This document shows positions 11,947 through 25,663 of a stretch of 64,000 nt of DNA, in pieces. Source of the DNA: Cirrosporium novae-zelandiae (Eukaryota); assembly GCA_026023565.1 (NCBI GenBank), contig JAPETS010000023.1, positions 186,001 to 250,000 on the forward strand, in the 5' to 3' direction. The stretch's first letter is position 1, and every line of letters starts with the position of its first letter. Position numbers and translations under genes: made by a program. The notes beneath the pieces are model-generated. The model did not search any database. It saw only the letters and a list, made by a program, of their open reading frames with translations, and was not told the origin of the DNA.

Positions 11947-13730
11947 CTATAAGAAATTTTTCTTCCTATTCCAACTCCTTTCTCCTCTGTACGCCTCCAC
12001 TTTAACCGCCACAAACACGATCTCATATCCCATGTCCTTCCCTTCTCCCTTCCTCCTAATCTCCAGCCTCCAAAGACCCCTCCTAATGGTCCATTCTTCT
12101 TCCTCAACCCCAGCACTGAATGCTCCTCCACCATCGGAAACAACACGTCTCCGTTTCTTGATCGGTTCTTCAACATCCACCATTACCGCCCGATCCGTAT
12201 TCTGCGGCATATTTGGCTGAAATATGGCTTCAAGGTCTTGGGCGCCAATGGGAGCGCCATCGAGTTCTACCCAAGCCCCCCCATCAGACAAATTTGAGGG
12301 GAAAAGTTCTGCTTTTACACCACCGCCATTCTCACTTCCAACTAGGCCAGTGTGTTCCAGATTATAATTTAGAATATTACCTGCGGGCACACTTTTAGTT
12401 GTACTGTCACCGCCCCCGGTGGGGTTGCCTGAATCCCCTCTTGATAGTAACATCAAGCCCAGCGGCTGCACGGTAGGGAGATTGAGTTTAGTGGCGAGTA
12501 AGTTAAGGAGAGAGGCGATTCGCGCAAGAGTCGGTTGGTGAAACGTAAGAGAATATGATATGATAGGGATAGGAGGGATGATGCCTTGTCGAGGGGATGC
12601 ACTACAAAGACGGGATTTGAGAATTGTAGTCGATTCGGGGAGGTCAATAATCAAATCATAGGGATGCGAGTCTACGAAAGGACGGGCGTAGGTGACGAAG
12701 CTAGTTGATGGAGGTGTTGGGGTGCTAAATTCGTACCGGGAATCCGAATTCGACGAGCAGATAGAAAGGCCTGATTGTCGTACATCTTCAAGATGAATGG
12801 TTATTTCCTCGACGCGTCGAAATGGGTTGTATTCAATGGCATGTGCAATCAATTTCTGCTCCAGCCCTCTCAAATGGAAATACCGACAATCTCTCAGGAG
12901 TTCTTTACGGTGGTCCTCGTTTTTTATTTGGACAGGATATCCTCTCAGCATATGCAGCAACTGGGCAAAAACATCGGCAGAGCGGTTAGGAACCTCAGGA
13001 GGGAGAATAGATGGTGGCCGGAGAAGGCCATAATTATTCAGACCGGGGAAAACTTCGGAGGGGGTGGAAAAGAATACGGCAAAGCCAAGAGAGAAAAAGT
13101 TTGGTGAGTCACCAGGGGAAGAGAAAATATCTTTGGGGATGCAGAAATCGCGATCGCCAATACGCATACAGATAGCAGAGTCGTACAATTGGGATATTAA
13201 ACGAGGAACTTGGCAGAAGAATTAGCATAGAATATACATAGAAGGGAATTTAAGAAAATAACGAACGACTATAGAATTGGGCATCTGCAAAGATTTTGAC
13301 AAAGTGGGTGCCATCGCGAGGACAAATATGATAGCCTGCTCGATTTCAAGTATGAGTTTTCCATCCTCTTGAACAGGATAAGGGATGACTGACCTTGAAG
13401 ATGTTGAGCAATGTCTTGAAAAGTAATGGGATCTCGGTCTATATACAGAGTTCTCACACCAGCCCCCTCATCGGCATCTCTTAACTGAACTTCGAAAAAT
13501 TTGGAAAAGTATGAGGGTGCTCTAGAATTCTCAGTTCACTGACACACAAAAGGTTCCCATTTATATGTTTGCGGGGGATACTGACCATCTGATGCAATAG
13601 AAGCTCCAGATAGCCGAAAGAGCTTTGAGCCTATCTGTATTGGAAACACTTTCTCCGGGGGCAGATCACACGAGGAATTGCCTGATCTGACCACGCCGGG
13701 CTCGTCCTTTAGAGTATTACTTGTAGACAT
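11947..13730 (-). CDS. Tandem BTB/POZ (K+ channel tetramerisation-type) domain protein, YLR108C/YDR132C-like
   Basis: FPIQIGSKLFRLSGASIASDAPSYF, LYIDRDPITF, DAQFYSLPRL, second BTB (IRIGDRDF...SPNFF...LLRDCRYFHLRGLEQ). Three introns. Confidence 0.85.
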
Positions 13731-14335
13731 GATTAGGTATATATAACTGGAGAAAGAGGGTATCAAATGTCAAGATGTAAACAAAAAGATCAACAATATC
13801 ATCCAACGCAGCAACTAGTGATAATAATGTTCGGGTATTATAGATAGATCTCACTGTATATGGTAGCTTACTACTTATAGTAGCGTAGATAGAAGAAATA
13901 TATACTCCAAGGTCAACTGGTCCTGATTGAATAAGTGGTGTTGATAATTGGTAAGGATTACTAAGGGCAGAACCATAAATACGGCCGAGAGAAGTTAACT
14001 CGCAGCCCCAATTTTCTAACAAAAGAATTCAGACTAAGCCTGGTTCGGCGTTAGATAGTCTAGATATAAGGCTGAGCTGAGAACATGAGGGGTAATCTAT
14101 ACTGTGTAATTACACAGTAAAGCACTAGCCTTTAATATTTGTTTCTTCCACCAGATGTATGTATATCTATACTTATATGTTTATATGCGCCAAGCCCTAA
14201 CGCCATTTACCCATCCTAGCCATCTTTACACGCGGTCTCACTTGGTACCAAAGGTATCAATCGACCCTATTCATATGTAATCATGAAAAACTCTAAAACC
14301 CAGGTGAGCCAGTACCAATTCATTACTTTAAACCA

Positions 14336-17300
14336 TCAAGACCAAACTAATTTCCTGAGGCCAAACGTCGCCTTCTCCAATAGACCCGTTTGCCTCTGGG
14401 CTTCTGTTAAGCTAATAATATCTTTTTGTTCTACCTGAATACCATCCCCTTTTTTCTTGTCTTCCGAGTCTATCGGGAGGGCATTGCTACCTCGAGCGGT
14501 ATTAGCAGCGCGGGCAATTTCTTCACACATCATTTTAACCACATCTCTCTCACTCGGCGGAATCTGCGAGCCAACGGAGGATGATTGAGAGGATGGAAGT
14601 ACTTTGGCTGCAAATATTGCAGGAGTAGAGGTGATCGTAGCAGTGTCCAGGTTGGTCTTGAGTATTGAGGAAATAATGGATTTTCCCTTCCTAGGGCTTG
14701 CCCCTGGATCATCGGATTTGGTTACTGTGTCTTCGTCTGAAGAAGGTGAAGATGTGTTTTCATGAGTAGCTATCCCGCGTTGATAGCGGATTAGTAGACC
14801 GACATTGCGCGTCTCATCAGCTTGTATTTCGTCAAGTGTATTTGTTATATATGCCCCCCATTGCACACCTGTAATTGCGGAGAGCTCAATACCCTGAACT
14901 CTTCCAACTTGTTCTGCATTCCAATCAAAGCGGCATACGTAGAGGGTCTTGTTCGATAAAAGCAGTACACTTTCTTTAAAAGGACCTGCGCGGAGTGACT
15001 GCTCGGTGAACGGAATTAGTGCAGTCCAAGCGTCTAGTAGCTCTTCGTCAGACTGAGAGGGAAGGACATGGCTAGTACAAGCATCAATTGCAGAGCCACG
15101 AAGGGAAGGTAGAGAAATAGGAGCTGGCCCGGATACAGCGATAGAGGTGGCAAAAGCAGCAAGTGCGGAAGGAATGGTATTAAGGAGATGATCAATTGTG
15201 GCTTGCGTAAGATAGTCGCTGAGTGTGTTATGTAAATATCGGGAGAGAGTGAGGGAGAAATCATTTAGGAGACCAGCATAGTCACGTTTCCGCGTGCGTG
15301 TAAAGTCTCCTTTCAAAGCTGCTGTACTTGCATACTGTCTCGATATAGCATCACCATTATCAGCCCACAGAGAATTAAACCATTGTGTAGATTCAATAGA
15401 AGTTTGGATGTTTATAGTAAACCCTTCTTCCTGTAACTGCATTTCCAAAGCCTTCTGTCCAAAGGTAGATTGAACGTTCCCAGTACGATCTAGGGAATCC
15501 ATACAATTAGTTCGGAATGTGCCCGATTGAGCTTTTGTGGGCATTCCTGCATTCACAACGGTGTAGCCAAAGGCATCAAATTCAGGTTCCATCTCGTGAA
15601 CAAGTTTATTGATGTTCTCAAATTTGAGACCACGAGTCTCTGAGTGAAAGTCAAACCATCCAAATTTCAACTTATCGTCGTTTGCAGCTTCCGAATCATT
15701 GTAGATTTGAACATGCCTCTCGTACTCCCGTCCTAACCCAACTTCAACTCCGTGCTTATCCAACAGTTGGATAATTTGAATATCCCCGTATCTTCGCTTT
15801 AAATGTGCAAAGTGCTTCTGAAATGCATTTTGGTTTGTCTGCATAGAATATTGTAGAAGAGGAAGTGGCTTGAAAGTATAAGGGGATTGAGTAAAGAAGA
15901 GAGGTATTGAGCCTCGGACTTGGACAAAGGAGTAGATATTCTTAGAGGGGGGCCACCCTGGATCAGACAGAATTTGCTCAGTCTCTACATGATTTGCCGT
16001 GTTCCCATCCTCATCTACTCCTCGTCGTAGGTATCTGAGGCCTGGTCTTTTGACCGATCTCCTAGAGATCACAGTTAAAAGAAATGAACGTTTTGAAACG
16101 TTCGAAGTTTGAACGAGAGTACTTTCTTGTATGGTCTCAGCTTCGGTAGCTTCAGTTATACCTTCGGCTTCTTGATTTTTGGTGGCACTGCCTTGCATTT
16201 CTTGGGACTCCATAAGCTCAAAAGACTTCTGGCCAATAAAACCTTGCATTATTGGGAGGACAAAGGAATGCTGCTCTTCTTCAATAAAAGGAGACGCCAA
16301 CCATCTGTTCCAGAAAAACTATGCAGTGTTAGTAATAAGGCAATGAAAGCGCTTGATAAGGGCAGAGATAGCATACCAAAGGATCAACCCTTTTATATAT
16401 AGGCAAATCGGACGGTTTGGAGTCTTGGATAGCCAGTCTCCTCGTTATATCATGGTCATATGAAAAATAAAAATTTCCAGATGTAAGCAACATTTTAGCC
16501 CTGCTGAGTACTTTCGGTAGAAGTTCCTGTATTATATTATTCTCCGCCAGATTCGACTTTCCAGAGTCCGAGCTTTCATCATTGTTGGTATTGACCAACT
16601 GTGGGATTTGGGCGGGTTTATCCTCCTTGGCAGTAGAAGTACCTAGGTTGTCTTTAGACTCTGGTAATTGTGAAAGTGCAGAGTTTGCTGGCGGATCTCT
16701 CATCCCCAAACCTGCCATGGCCTCACTACTCCATCCTTTTCTGGAAAACCATCTTTCAGCAAATCGGCCATATAAGCCTCTTTTCTGGAAAACGTCTTCT
16801 GCCACGCTACTTCTCCCCTCTCCACGTTCCTTGGGCTCATTAGTTCCGAGAGGTTCACTCAAGATGCTTGAAGCATTGCCATCTGATTCTTCACCTGAGC
16901 CATTATATAGCCGGCCTTCATCGTCCGAAGAGTCGCTGCTTATCACCGCCTCTCCTGGCTTTTGGCCTTTTGGATTCTTTTGAGATGCCTGGTTCGCCTG
17001 TTGTATAGCAGTTACCGCATCGTTCTGGGAGGAAAGTGGTATGAAAGCTACTCCAGTTATGACATAGATTGGTTTACCCTGAACCTGGGCAATTTGCTGT
17101 CGACTGGTAATTGAAATTAAGAAAGAAGATGAAGCTGCTGTAAAAAGCCCTGTAGACGCCGTGGTTAGCTAGATGATACGGAAAGTCCTATGCACCTATA
17201 AGAGACAATACCGACAATTCCATGGGCTTCCAAGCACGTTGGCCCCGTTTCTTCTAGAGATTGGGTCGTTTGGCTGATTCGGCGAGTTTTATATTGAATC

Positions 17301-17401
17301 GTAAGGCCTTGGGAGTCCTGATGATTGCGTTGGACTGAAGGCTTCAAGACCAATCCATCAACAACAGCAAGAATAACCAAGCTACGAGCAACTGACGGCA
17401 T
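14336..17401 (-). CDS. SacI-homology phosphoinositide phosphatase with C-terminal hSac2-like domain
   Basis: FYFSYDHDIT, ISRRSVKRPGLRYLRRG, QVRGSIPLFF and the catalytic CX5R(T) loop RTNCMDSLDRT. Two introns. Confidence 0.9.
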
Positions 17402-18166
17402 TGCAACAATATGTCACCGTTCATCAGAAATTATGGGTTGTCGTGAATGATTTCAATGCTGCACTTCGAAAACTTGGAATGACGTATGACCTACCATTAA
17501 CATCAGGCGTGAATGGTTTACATCCTCAAAACCCCGGGTGACGATTGCGATGTCGGCTGACACCTTCAAGCAAACCACCAGTTAGAAGAAATGTTAGTTC
17601 TCGAATAATTATTCAATACTCGGAAGCCATTCAGGTATAATAGATTTTGCACTCAAATATTCCCTCCACCACTCTTGATATATCACTTACTATTTTCTCT
17701 ACTTCTTATTTTCTTTACTTCTAATAATACAATAACTAAGTGTTACGAAATGACCCTGGGCGAGCTTCGAGCTACGCTGAAGTTGTATTTTTTAGTCAAG
17801 ACTTAAAAGCAAACAGTGCTCCAGTGGGATAAGGAAAAGAAATCAGGCCGCCCAGCCGCCAGATTTCCACCGTCCATCCTTCTAAAGCAATCAGATACCA
17901 AATCATCATACCTTTTGTCCCCCGATCTTACAACGCCGTTGACAACCCTTTATGTACATACATCCAAAGCAAATATTCAATCAGATCTCAGTATCCCTCA
18001 ACCGAAAATTCCCCTAATTCCGCAGAACTCGAGACCTTGAAAACGCCATGTCAAGGTCTTCTATTTGCGATGCACAGATACCATTGATGCGAAAATAATG
18101 GCACATGACGAGATTAATAGTACAATATTTCCGACCCAAAATTGATGGATAGCGTGAGAATCCGTT

Positions 18167-19772
18167 TTATCGATCATTCCCCTTGTGGCTGCTTAGTAAT
18201 TCGTGGCTCGTATGTCTTTGGGCTTCCTCATCATCACTGTCATCAGCGAGGTCTGTCAAACCAAAACCCCCGTTCTCTTCATCGTAGGAGTGCATCAACG
18301 CTTCTCGGTCAGACCTATGAGGATAACCGTCGCTGTCACCACTCAATCGGGGATCTAAGCTACGCCGCGACTGCATGCTCCTTCGGGTTTGCATCCCAGC
18401 AATTCCATCGGTAGGTACACCATCCTCATACTGTCGAGCTAAGAGTTTATGGCCGTCAGGATCAGCCCGGGAAAGGTTCAGGAGATAGACTCCAGAGAAA
18501 ATGACAAGAAATCCGCTTAAAAGGGAAATCGTATTCACTGCATCAGATGTGTTAAAGCCGCGGAATAAGATAAAGGAGGCGCATAGAGTGGCCGTCGTGA
18601 ACATAACATAGTATAGCGGATTGACTCTGCGAGGCTGTTAGAAAGTATTACTAATCAAAGATCTGTCCCTTTCTCACATTGAGGTTGAAAACTGGCTTAG
18701 AGCCTTATTGAAATAGTTCATCTGGGTTAGAACGCAAACTACAACCACAATCATGAAGACATAGGTTGACGGATGTGTAAATTGGTTGTGTCCCGCAAAC
18801 GTTAGCTTGACAGCAATGCCAAAAGCCTTGACAGACATGACTGAAACTGATCCAACCATGGAGCAGATTGAAATATAGACAAGGGGATTTTTCTTGCCAT
18901 ATTCTGGAGCGACTCTGTATATCATAACACACGAGTAAACAATTACAACGGCGACGTACATCAGGAACCCTAGAACCAAGGAAATTAGAATATGATACCG
19001 ACGGGGAAATGAAACTGCCTGCTTTACCTGGCTGAATCGCGTAATGCAGTATTTCATCAATAGTCCCGATCTCCTTATCCGGGGGAGCATGGAGAACAAT
19101 GATAACGGACCCTATTAAACAGATCGCACAGCCCAGCTTTCCAAGTCTACCAAGTTCCTCCTTCAAGAAATATGTGCCCAAAACCGCACTTGAACTATTA
19201 GACATATTCATCATCTGGTGGTGTAACCACTTACCCGATCAGCACGCTGAGTGCGCCTAATGGCGTTACTAGGATCGCAGGTGCAAACGCATATGCTGCA
19301 AAGTTTGAGGCTTCACCAAGAACGACTAATAGCTGGTTAGCACATAACCCCAAAAAGGGGAGAAAGGATGTGAATCTCACGTGAGATAATTCCTGCCCAC
19401 CATGTTGGCTCCTTTAAATATGAATATCCGTCACCCTCGTAACCATGTCTTGCGCTGGCATCCATTAAACCCTGAAATAGCCGGTCAGATATTATTAACG
19501 TATGGGGTAGTGACAGCAGAAGGTATCAAATCGATTTGTGATAAGTGTAGTTAAAAACACATACCTTCTTCGTAATAACAAAGCTTGTTCCTAGAGTATC
19601 GAGGGACATTTAGTACCAATTTTTGAAGCTACAGCGCCGGTCCAATGCATTCTTACCGATAGCTAGAGTAGACATGACGGCCAGTACGAGGCCGATATAC
19701 CTGCGATATTTTGATCAGTACGCAGTATCATATAACTAAGTTGAAGGGTTTCACGCACTTGTCTTCCACCAT
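18167..19772 (-). CDS. NIPA-family Mg2+ transporter (DUF803)
   Basis: Multi-exon: MVEDK/YIGLVLA..., [57 protein letters not shown]. Confidence 0.93.
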
Positions 19773-21715
19773 ATTGAAGTTCCCTTTCAAAAGGTTAAGC
19801 TCGTTGCGAAGTATGGAATCGGCTGTAACCAAATATGCACGGAACAACTGGTTAGTTGTCCACTATATGCCCACTAGATGCGGCTGTAACCACGAACTCC
19901 AATGTCGAGGCTCTTATTCCCAGGTATTAATCATTGAGTATTTCTTGAAAATGTTATCGTAAAACCACAAAGTGAAAGCAAGCCTATATGTGCGCCGTTG
20001 ATAGTAAGAGAAGATGTGAGGTTCGAGGCGTGATTAGTCGAGTAACTGATTGGTTGGCTGGATTCGTAGGACGATGAAAAGGCGAAGGAAAAAGTTGAGT
20101 GGCTCCGAATAGTCCAGCGGAGGTGAAAGGGACAATGCCCGCACAAGTGAGTGCCTTAGGTAGGTAGATAATGGTTTAAAGTGGAAAGAGAGGCTCAGAA
20201 AGGACACGGACTCGAAAGGTATTTGGTGATGGATGACTATTGTTTCATAATCATGATCATTTGAAGTGACAGTATTTTTTTTATGATTTGAAAGGAAATT
20301 TTCGAATTCACCGGCTTAAACTAGAGGTAGTTGGAGCTGGAGTTGGGGTTGGAGATGGAGTGTGGATGAGTGTTGAGTGCGAGCATGAGGGAAGGTTGTA
20401 GATAGTCTTTAGGTCAGGTACCACGTTTTACTTGATAGATTTGAATTTGGCGCGGTTTGGAGTTCTCGGAAATCGCAGTACGTGGATTCTTACAAGGGTG
20501 TCTATTTTAGTCTATTTTCGGTGGCACCGGTGGCACCATCATCAGATTTAACAAATTAACATACATTTGGGGGAGGGCTCAGCCCCCGATGACCTTATTC
20601 AAGTACCCCCCAACCCCCAAGCAACTTCCCCAACCCCCAAGCTTCAAACACCCACCCCCCCATGCCCCCCCCCCCCAAAGCAACTGCCAAAACCGCAATT
20701 TAAGCCTTATGTGGTCATCCGTGACCATCCCTTAATTATATTAGTACTTCTAGAATGATAAGGGATACCTAGTAACTAAAAATTATGTCTACTACTAAGT
20801 ACCGAGGGTAGTTTACGTCTAATTTATACCACCCTATTCCGCAACTGAGGACCGACTTTCCGTTCCAAGAACCCTTGCTGATGAACTACCTCCCTCGAGA
20901 ATAGTCGTCGAACTCACACAGGGTTCTTGGATCTACTTGGCATCTACTTATGACTTGCTCTAAACTTGCGTCACTGAACAGCTTAAAATCGAGATCGATT
21001 AATATTTATTACCTTCTGAAGGTCCTGTCCCTCGTGCAATTGGCAATTACACATCCGCCATGGAAGAGCCCGCTGACCATGGCTACTCAAAGAGGTCATC
21101 GCTTCCTAGTGCCCGTTGCCCAGATAAATTTCTTTTCCTCCCATCGGCGCTATGGGCTGACCATCCATTCCACCGACTGTTTTTTCAAGCGCCCATACTC
21201 CATTGTACAAACTCTCGAAATAACCTTGAAATCTCCTCCACCAAAGCCAGCTAGAACGCTAAACGAAGAAAAATTACACACAAGGGCGTAAAAACTAGAT
21301 TGATGATTCCGCATAATCTTCTTTTACATACGAATGAAGGGTTGGGATTTGAATAGCCGGATATTAAATGGGACAACTGGTCCAAGGGTCCATTGGAGCC
21401 AACTTGAAATAACAAAAAGGGGGATCGGGGCAGGGAAACGGTGCTGCATCTACTTACCTGTGTATATGGGTCGCTGGAACTTTATTTGCAAAAGTTGAAG
21501 TATTCCTCAAATTCTGGTATTCGCATGCGCATATCGGCATCCACACGGTGGTCATAATCCGGCGTCAGGAAATATACGGTATCTGGTGTTAGTAGCGTCG
21601 TCCATCGTAGTTTCTAAAATAGGATTGAGAGAATAGGCGATGTGCATCGAGTTTCTGCAGGAGAATATCGACGCAAATATTAAATCAATGATAGTAGAAG
21701 GACTTGTGAGATATA

Positions 21716-24700
21716 TCATGTGCGCAAGCGCTTGTTGCCTGAACAAAAGTTAGTCCAAATAATTCAATAATACGATATGGAAAGAAAATATTTACTAGGG
21801 CTGCTAGCCTCTAGAGAGTCCGGTTCGTTTTCACTATTTGATCGAGACCTTTTTGTGGAACTGTGACGGCGAGAGTTGGTAATTTGGTCTTCAAGTGTTG
21901 TGGGTGGGTCTTGGAAATCCTCGAGATCATCAAGTTCATCCTCATCGTAGGATATTTCATCAAAAGCACTATCACGTATACTTTCTTCATGAGGCGATGC
22001 ACCAAAGGTGGATTCGGTAATAGAACCATGAACAAGCATACTGGAATTCTCGAGAGTCGAATTAATATCTTGGTCGACATCTGCAACGTTTTGTTTGCCC
22101 GTAGAGTTGCTTAATGTGACCGAATTTGAAACGTCAAGTGCAGAGCTAATGCCATGGGCGGATTCTCTAGAAGTAGTAGTTACATCTTGATGCAATTCAT
22201 CAGGGACATCATCAACATGGAGCTCTTTAGGATCTTGGGGAAAGCTATGAAAATTTTCAAGCTCGTCCAAATCTTGGTTTTCCGAATGCTCGCTGTTCTC
22301 GCCTTGAAGATCCAACCCTTCAGTGTCGGTCACTGTTAAATTTGTTGATGGATCAATAGGAGAGTTAGACACTAGATCATCGAATTCGCCATCCTCTGCA
22401 ACTTGTACCCATTCAGAGGTTGTTTCGCTGTGCTTGCCCTCAGCTTCTAAGCCATCATCGAGTTTAGCAGCATCATAAGCCTTAGGAATTTCTTTAATGT
22501 AAACTTTACTACTATCAAGATCTGCGTGGGTCTCCAAATTATCAAGAGCATCCCCATCACCATGATCGGTAGTCTCGATGTCGGCCTGAAATTTCGTGAA
22601 TGTCTCCAGATCATCACCTCTCTCATGATAACTGTGTTCGTCATGACTATTTTGAACATCAGCGTCACTAGGCTGCGGATCGTCTCCATTTTCATAATTG
22701 CGCGGCTCTTTAAGATCGTTTGGATGCACCGCCGTATTGGCAGATTTGATATTACTAGGAGCGTCTGAAGATTCATGTGTCTCAAAATGGGATAGTTCAG
22801 GTTGAACTTTCACTTCAAGGTCATCATGTTCACTTAAGTTATCGAGATCCTCAATATTGTCAACATCTGGCTCGGAGTTATGTTTGGTTTTCTCAGAAAT
22901 ACTAGGATCAACGGGTGCTTCACTAGGATCTCCAAAATCTGAAGGGTCATCAATTTGGTCTAGATTATCGTCAATATCTATATATTAGTTAGATATAGGT
23001 CAAAATTGGGTAACCACCCGACATACCTTCAGATTCAGCATCTCCTTTCAGGGTTGGAGTGCTGGAAGATCGATGTTCAGAACCCAAATCCAGATCCCCA
23101 TGGACAGTAGAGAACTGGTGTTCGTAAATCCCAGTATGAGTCTTATCCAAATGAGTGTTAGTCTCATGAACTTCACTTTTTGGACCACCCTCTACATCCT
23201 TATGTGATTTTTCGTCTTCGGCGTGCACTTGCGGTGATTGTACTTCGGAGGAATTCGGAGCATTGGGTTCCCCATCTGCACCACTGGGTTGTTCGAAAAT
23301 GTCCCCTTTCAAAAGCTCTTTCGTTTCATCATTAGGATATTTAGTGCTGTTGATAGACCCTGTAGTAGATTTTTCTTCTGAGTCATGGTGACTGGACTCG
23401 TTTTTATTGGCTTCGACCTTTGCATCTGCTTTTTCGCTCGACTCGGCCTGTTCTTGAACATCTTCAGAGTTATCATCAGTCGGATAACTCCAGCATGGTA
23501 AATCAGAAATCGCTTTGCCTTCTGAGGCAGCTGCTGAAAGCTCTTGAAACTGGAAAATGAAACTGGGTTTAACCATCAATGCTAGTTGTAGGGCAGGCGG
23601 ATCGTTGATAGCATCATTGCGATTTAGTTGTAGGTATAAATCCAAAATCTGAGAAAGAGAAAATTCAGAAAGTTCAGACGAGGTCTAGTAAACATTAGAT
23701 AGGTTTAAGACAAGACGGCGCAAAGGAAACTTACCTCAGTAATTGTCATAGCCAATTCAACAACCTCTAATTCGAGATAGTGTTGATTGCTAATGCTGTC
23801 ACCAAGAACGGTTCTACAAGCTTTCAGAAGTTCTGCAAGGCTTTGATATGCAAGAGATTCATCTTGAAGGAGATAGGTGTCGGTATCATCGTGTGTTCTT
23901 GGCGGAAACAAAGACATTTCGCTGTCTTCATAAAGAATTTTAACTGGTGAGAGTTCAAGTAGGTGATGTTGTGGGTTTTTAGAGGTTAGTATGCGAGAGT
24001 CCGTTCCTTGATCATCACCAACATTTGATACATCGATACTAGGCCCTTCAGAAACTGTATTAGTATGAAGGGGAGGGGTTTCATTGTCTGTAATGTTATG
24101 ATCTGGTCCGTTACTATTGACACCACTCTCTTCAATGTCTTCATTCACCCCTAGTGTCTTATCGTGAATTTCTATGATAGTATTTGTCTCTTGTAACGTA
24201 GTCTCAGGGAGCCCTTCCTTATCACTAGTGGGCTGGGATGCCAGGTTATCGTCGGCATTGGTAAGAGCCTTAGGTTCGGGGGGGCTGATTGGTGTTTGGT
24301 TTTCTTGCGGTATATCCTGGTGTGTCATATGAAGCTGGTCAGCATCAAGGCGTTCTCCGTCTTGGCCATTTTGATGGTCATCTATGCTGAGGAAGGGTGC
24401 CCCTTGGTGCTGCTCGACCTGGGTTAAGGACGGAGAGCCTAATTTATGATCTTCCACGGGTTGAGGATCCACTGCTTGTGCAAGAGAGGTATCTATTTGG
24501 AAATCAATATCTTCATCATGACCGGAGGCTTGATCGAGGTCATCAAGCGTCCCAACTATTTCATGTCCATCCACCTCATCTATCATGTCATATATATCCT
24601 CATCTTGGACAACTGTGCCGCCTTCGTTGGCCTGGTATGGCAAATCATCATCTAACATGACATCATCCAAACGATCTGCTTGAGCAAACACAGTTCCTGC

Positions 24701-24862
24701 TTGGGGCAGACTATCCATGTACTCATTTCCATCTTCAAGCATATAGTCTTGATCAGGTTCAGGTGTTGCATCACGCATCACGTCTAGATCGATATCGAGG
24801 TTGTCCATGAAAGGACGTCGTTCGAAGTCTGAAGAGACCTCCATAGCATCCTCTGCCATCAT
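21716..24862 (-). CDS. Large acidic low-complexity protein with one short conserved central domain (DUF2420/Rmr1-like)
   Basis: Spliced ORFs 23705-24889, 22989-23645, 21764-22813. Conserved core PVKILYEDSEMSLFPP...LAELLKACRTVLG...DLYLQL. Last exon SNKRLRT* (NLS-like). Confidence 0.65.
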
Positions 24863-25663
24863 GGTTTTGGAAGGAAGGTTATATTTCAAGACAGAGTGCT
24901 AATAATTAATGAATTAGTCACTTTTTTATATTAGCCACCTGCTCTCTATAGACAGGGCGATGAGAGCACTTGGATTGCGTTGCTTCCTAAAAGAGCTCAC
25001 GTTGGCTTCATTTAATACTGAGCCGACAAGGTGATTTAGAATAGCGGGTGAGGGAAAAGCTTAGAAGGATTCAAAGTTCGGATGGTCGTCAGGACTCTCT
25101 GGTTGTCGATACTTGGATGTTTTGGGAGATGCAGGTAGTGGTCGGATAGTCGTGCTGAGCGTGTTGAACGGGCAGAGCGAAGTGTCTGCGCGTTAGGAGA
25201 CAGAAAGTTGTGTTCCGTGGTTGATGTAGGGATACGTTATTAGGTCGCTGGACTGCTAAAGTTCCAAATGAATCCGATAAGGAAACTAAATGTTCCTGAG
25301 ATGATGCATCGTTCAAGTTTCATTGTTTTTTGGTGCTATTGAGTTGATGCAGTTAGTAGTTGGTGTAAGCGGGATGTGATGCGGCCAAGGGTGTCGGGCG
25401 TGGACACAGTTGAGGCGTCCTAAAAGAGTTAATGTGGTACTTATGTCAGCTTAGAACCTCATTACCATACAATTGCAAACCTAGCAATTCTGTAGATCTG
25501 TTCAAGCTGCGTGAACTGAAGTCCACAACGTGGCCTTCACGGACTACACTTATGCCTTTGTTCTATTTATAAAAGCCCTCTTATAAGCCTTGATGTTATA
25601 TCAGGGGTATCTGGACTCCTCTACTTTTTGAGCATCCAGGTTGCGGCCTAAACTCATTTCAAG

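Noticed and set aside
21451..21470. TACTTACCTG resembling the U1 snRNA 5' end
   Set aside because: The downstream sequence lacks U1 stem-loops and an Sm site; it is better explained as an antisense splice-donor consensus.
19800..21700. Telomerase RNA or tRNA in the largest intergenic gap
   Set aside because: No TAACCCTAA-type template and no tRNA cloverleaf or A/B-box pair visible.
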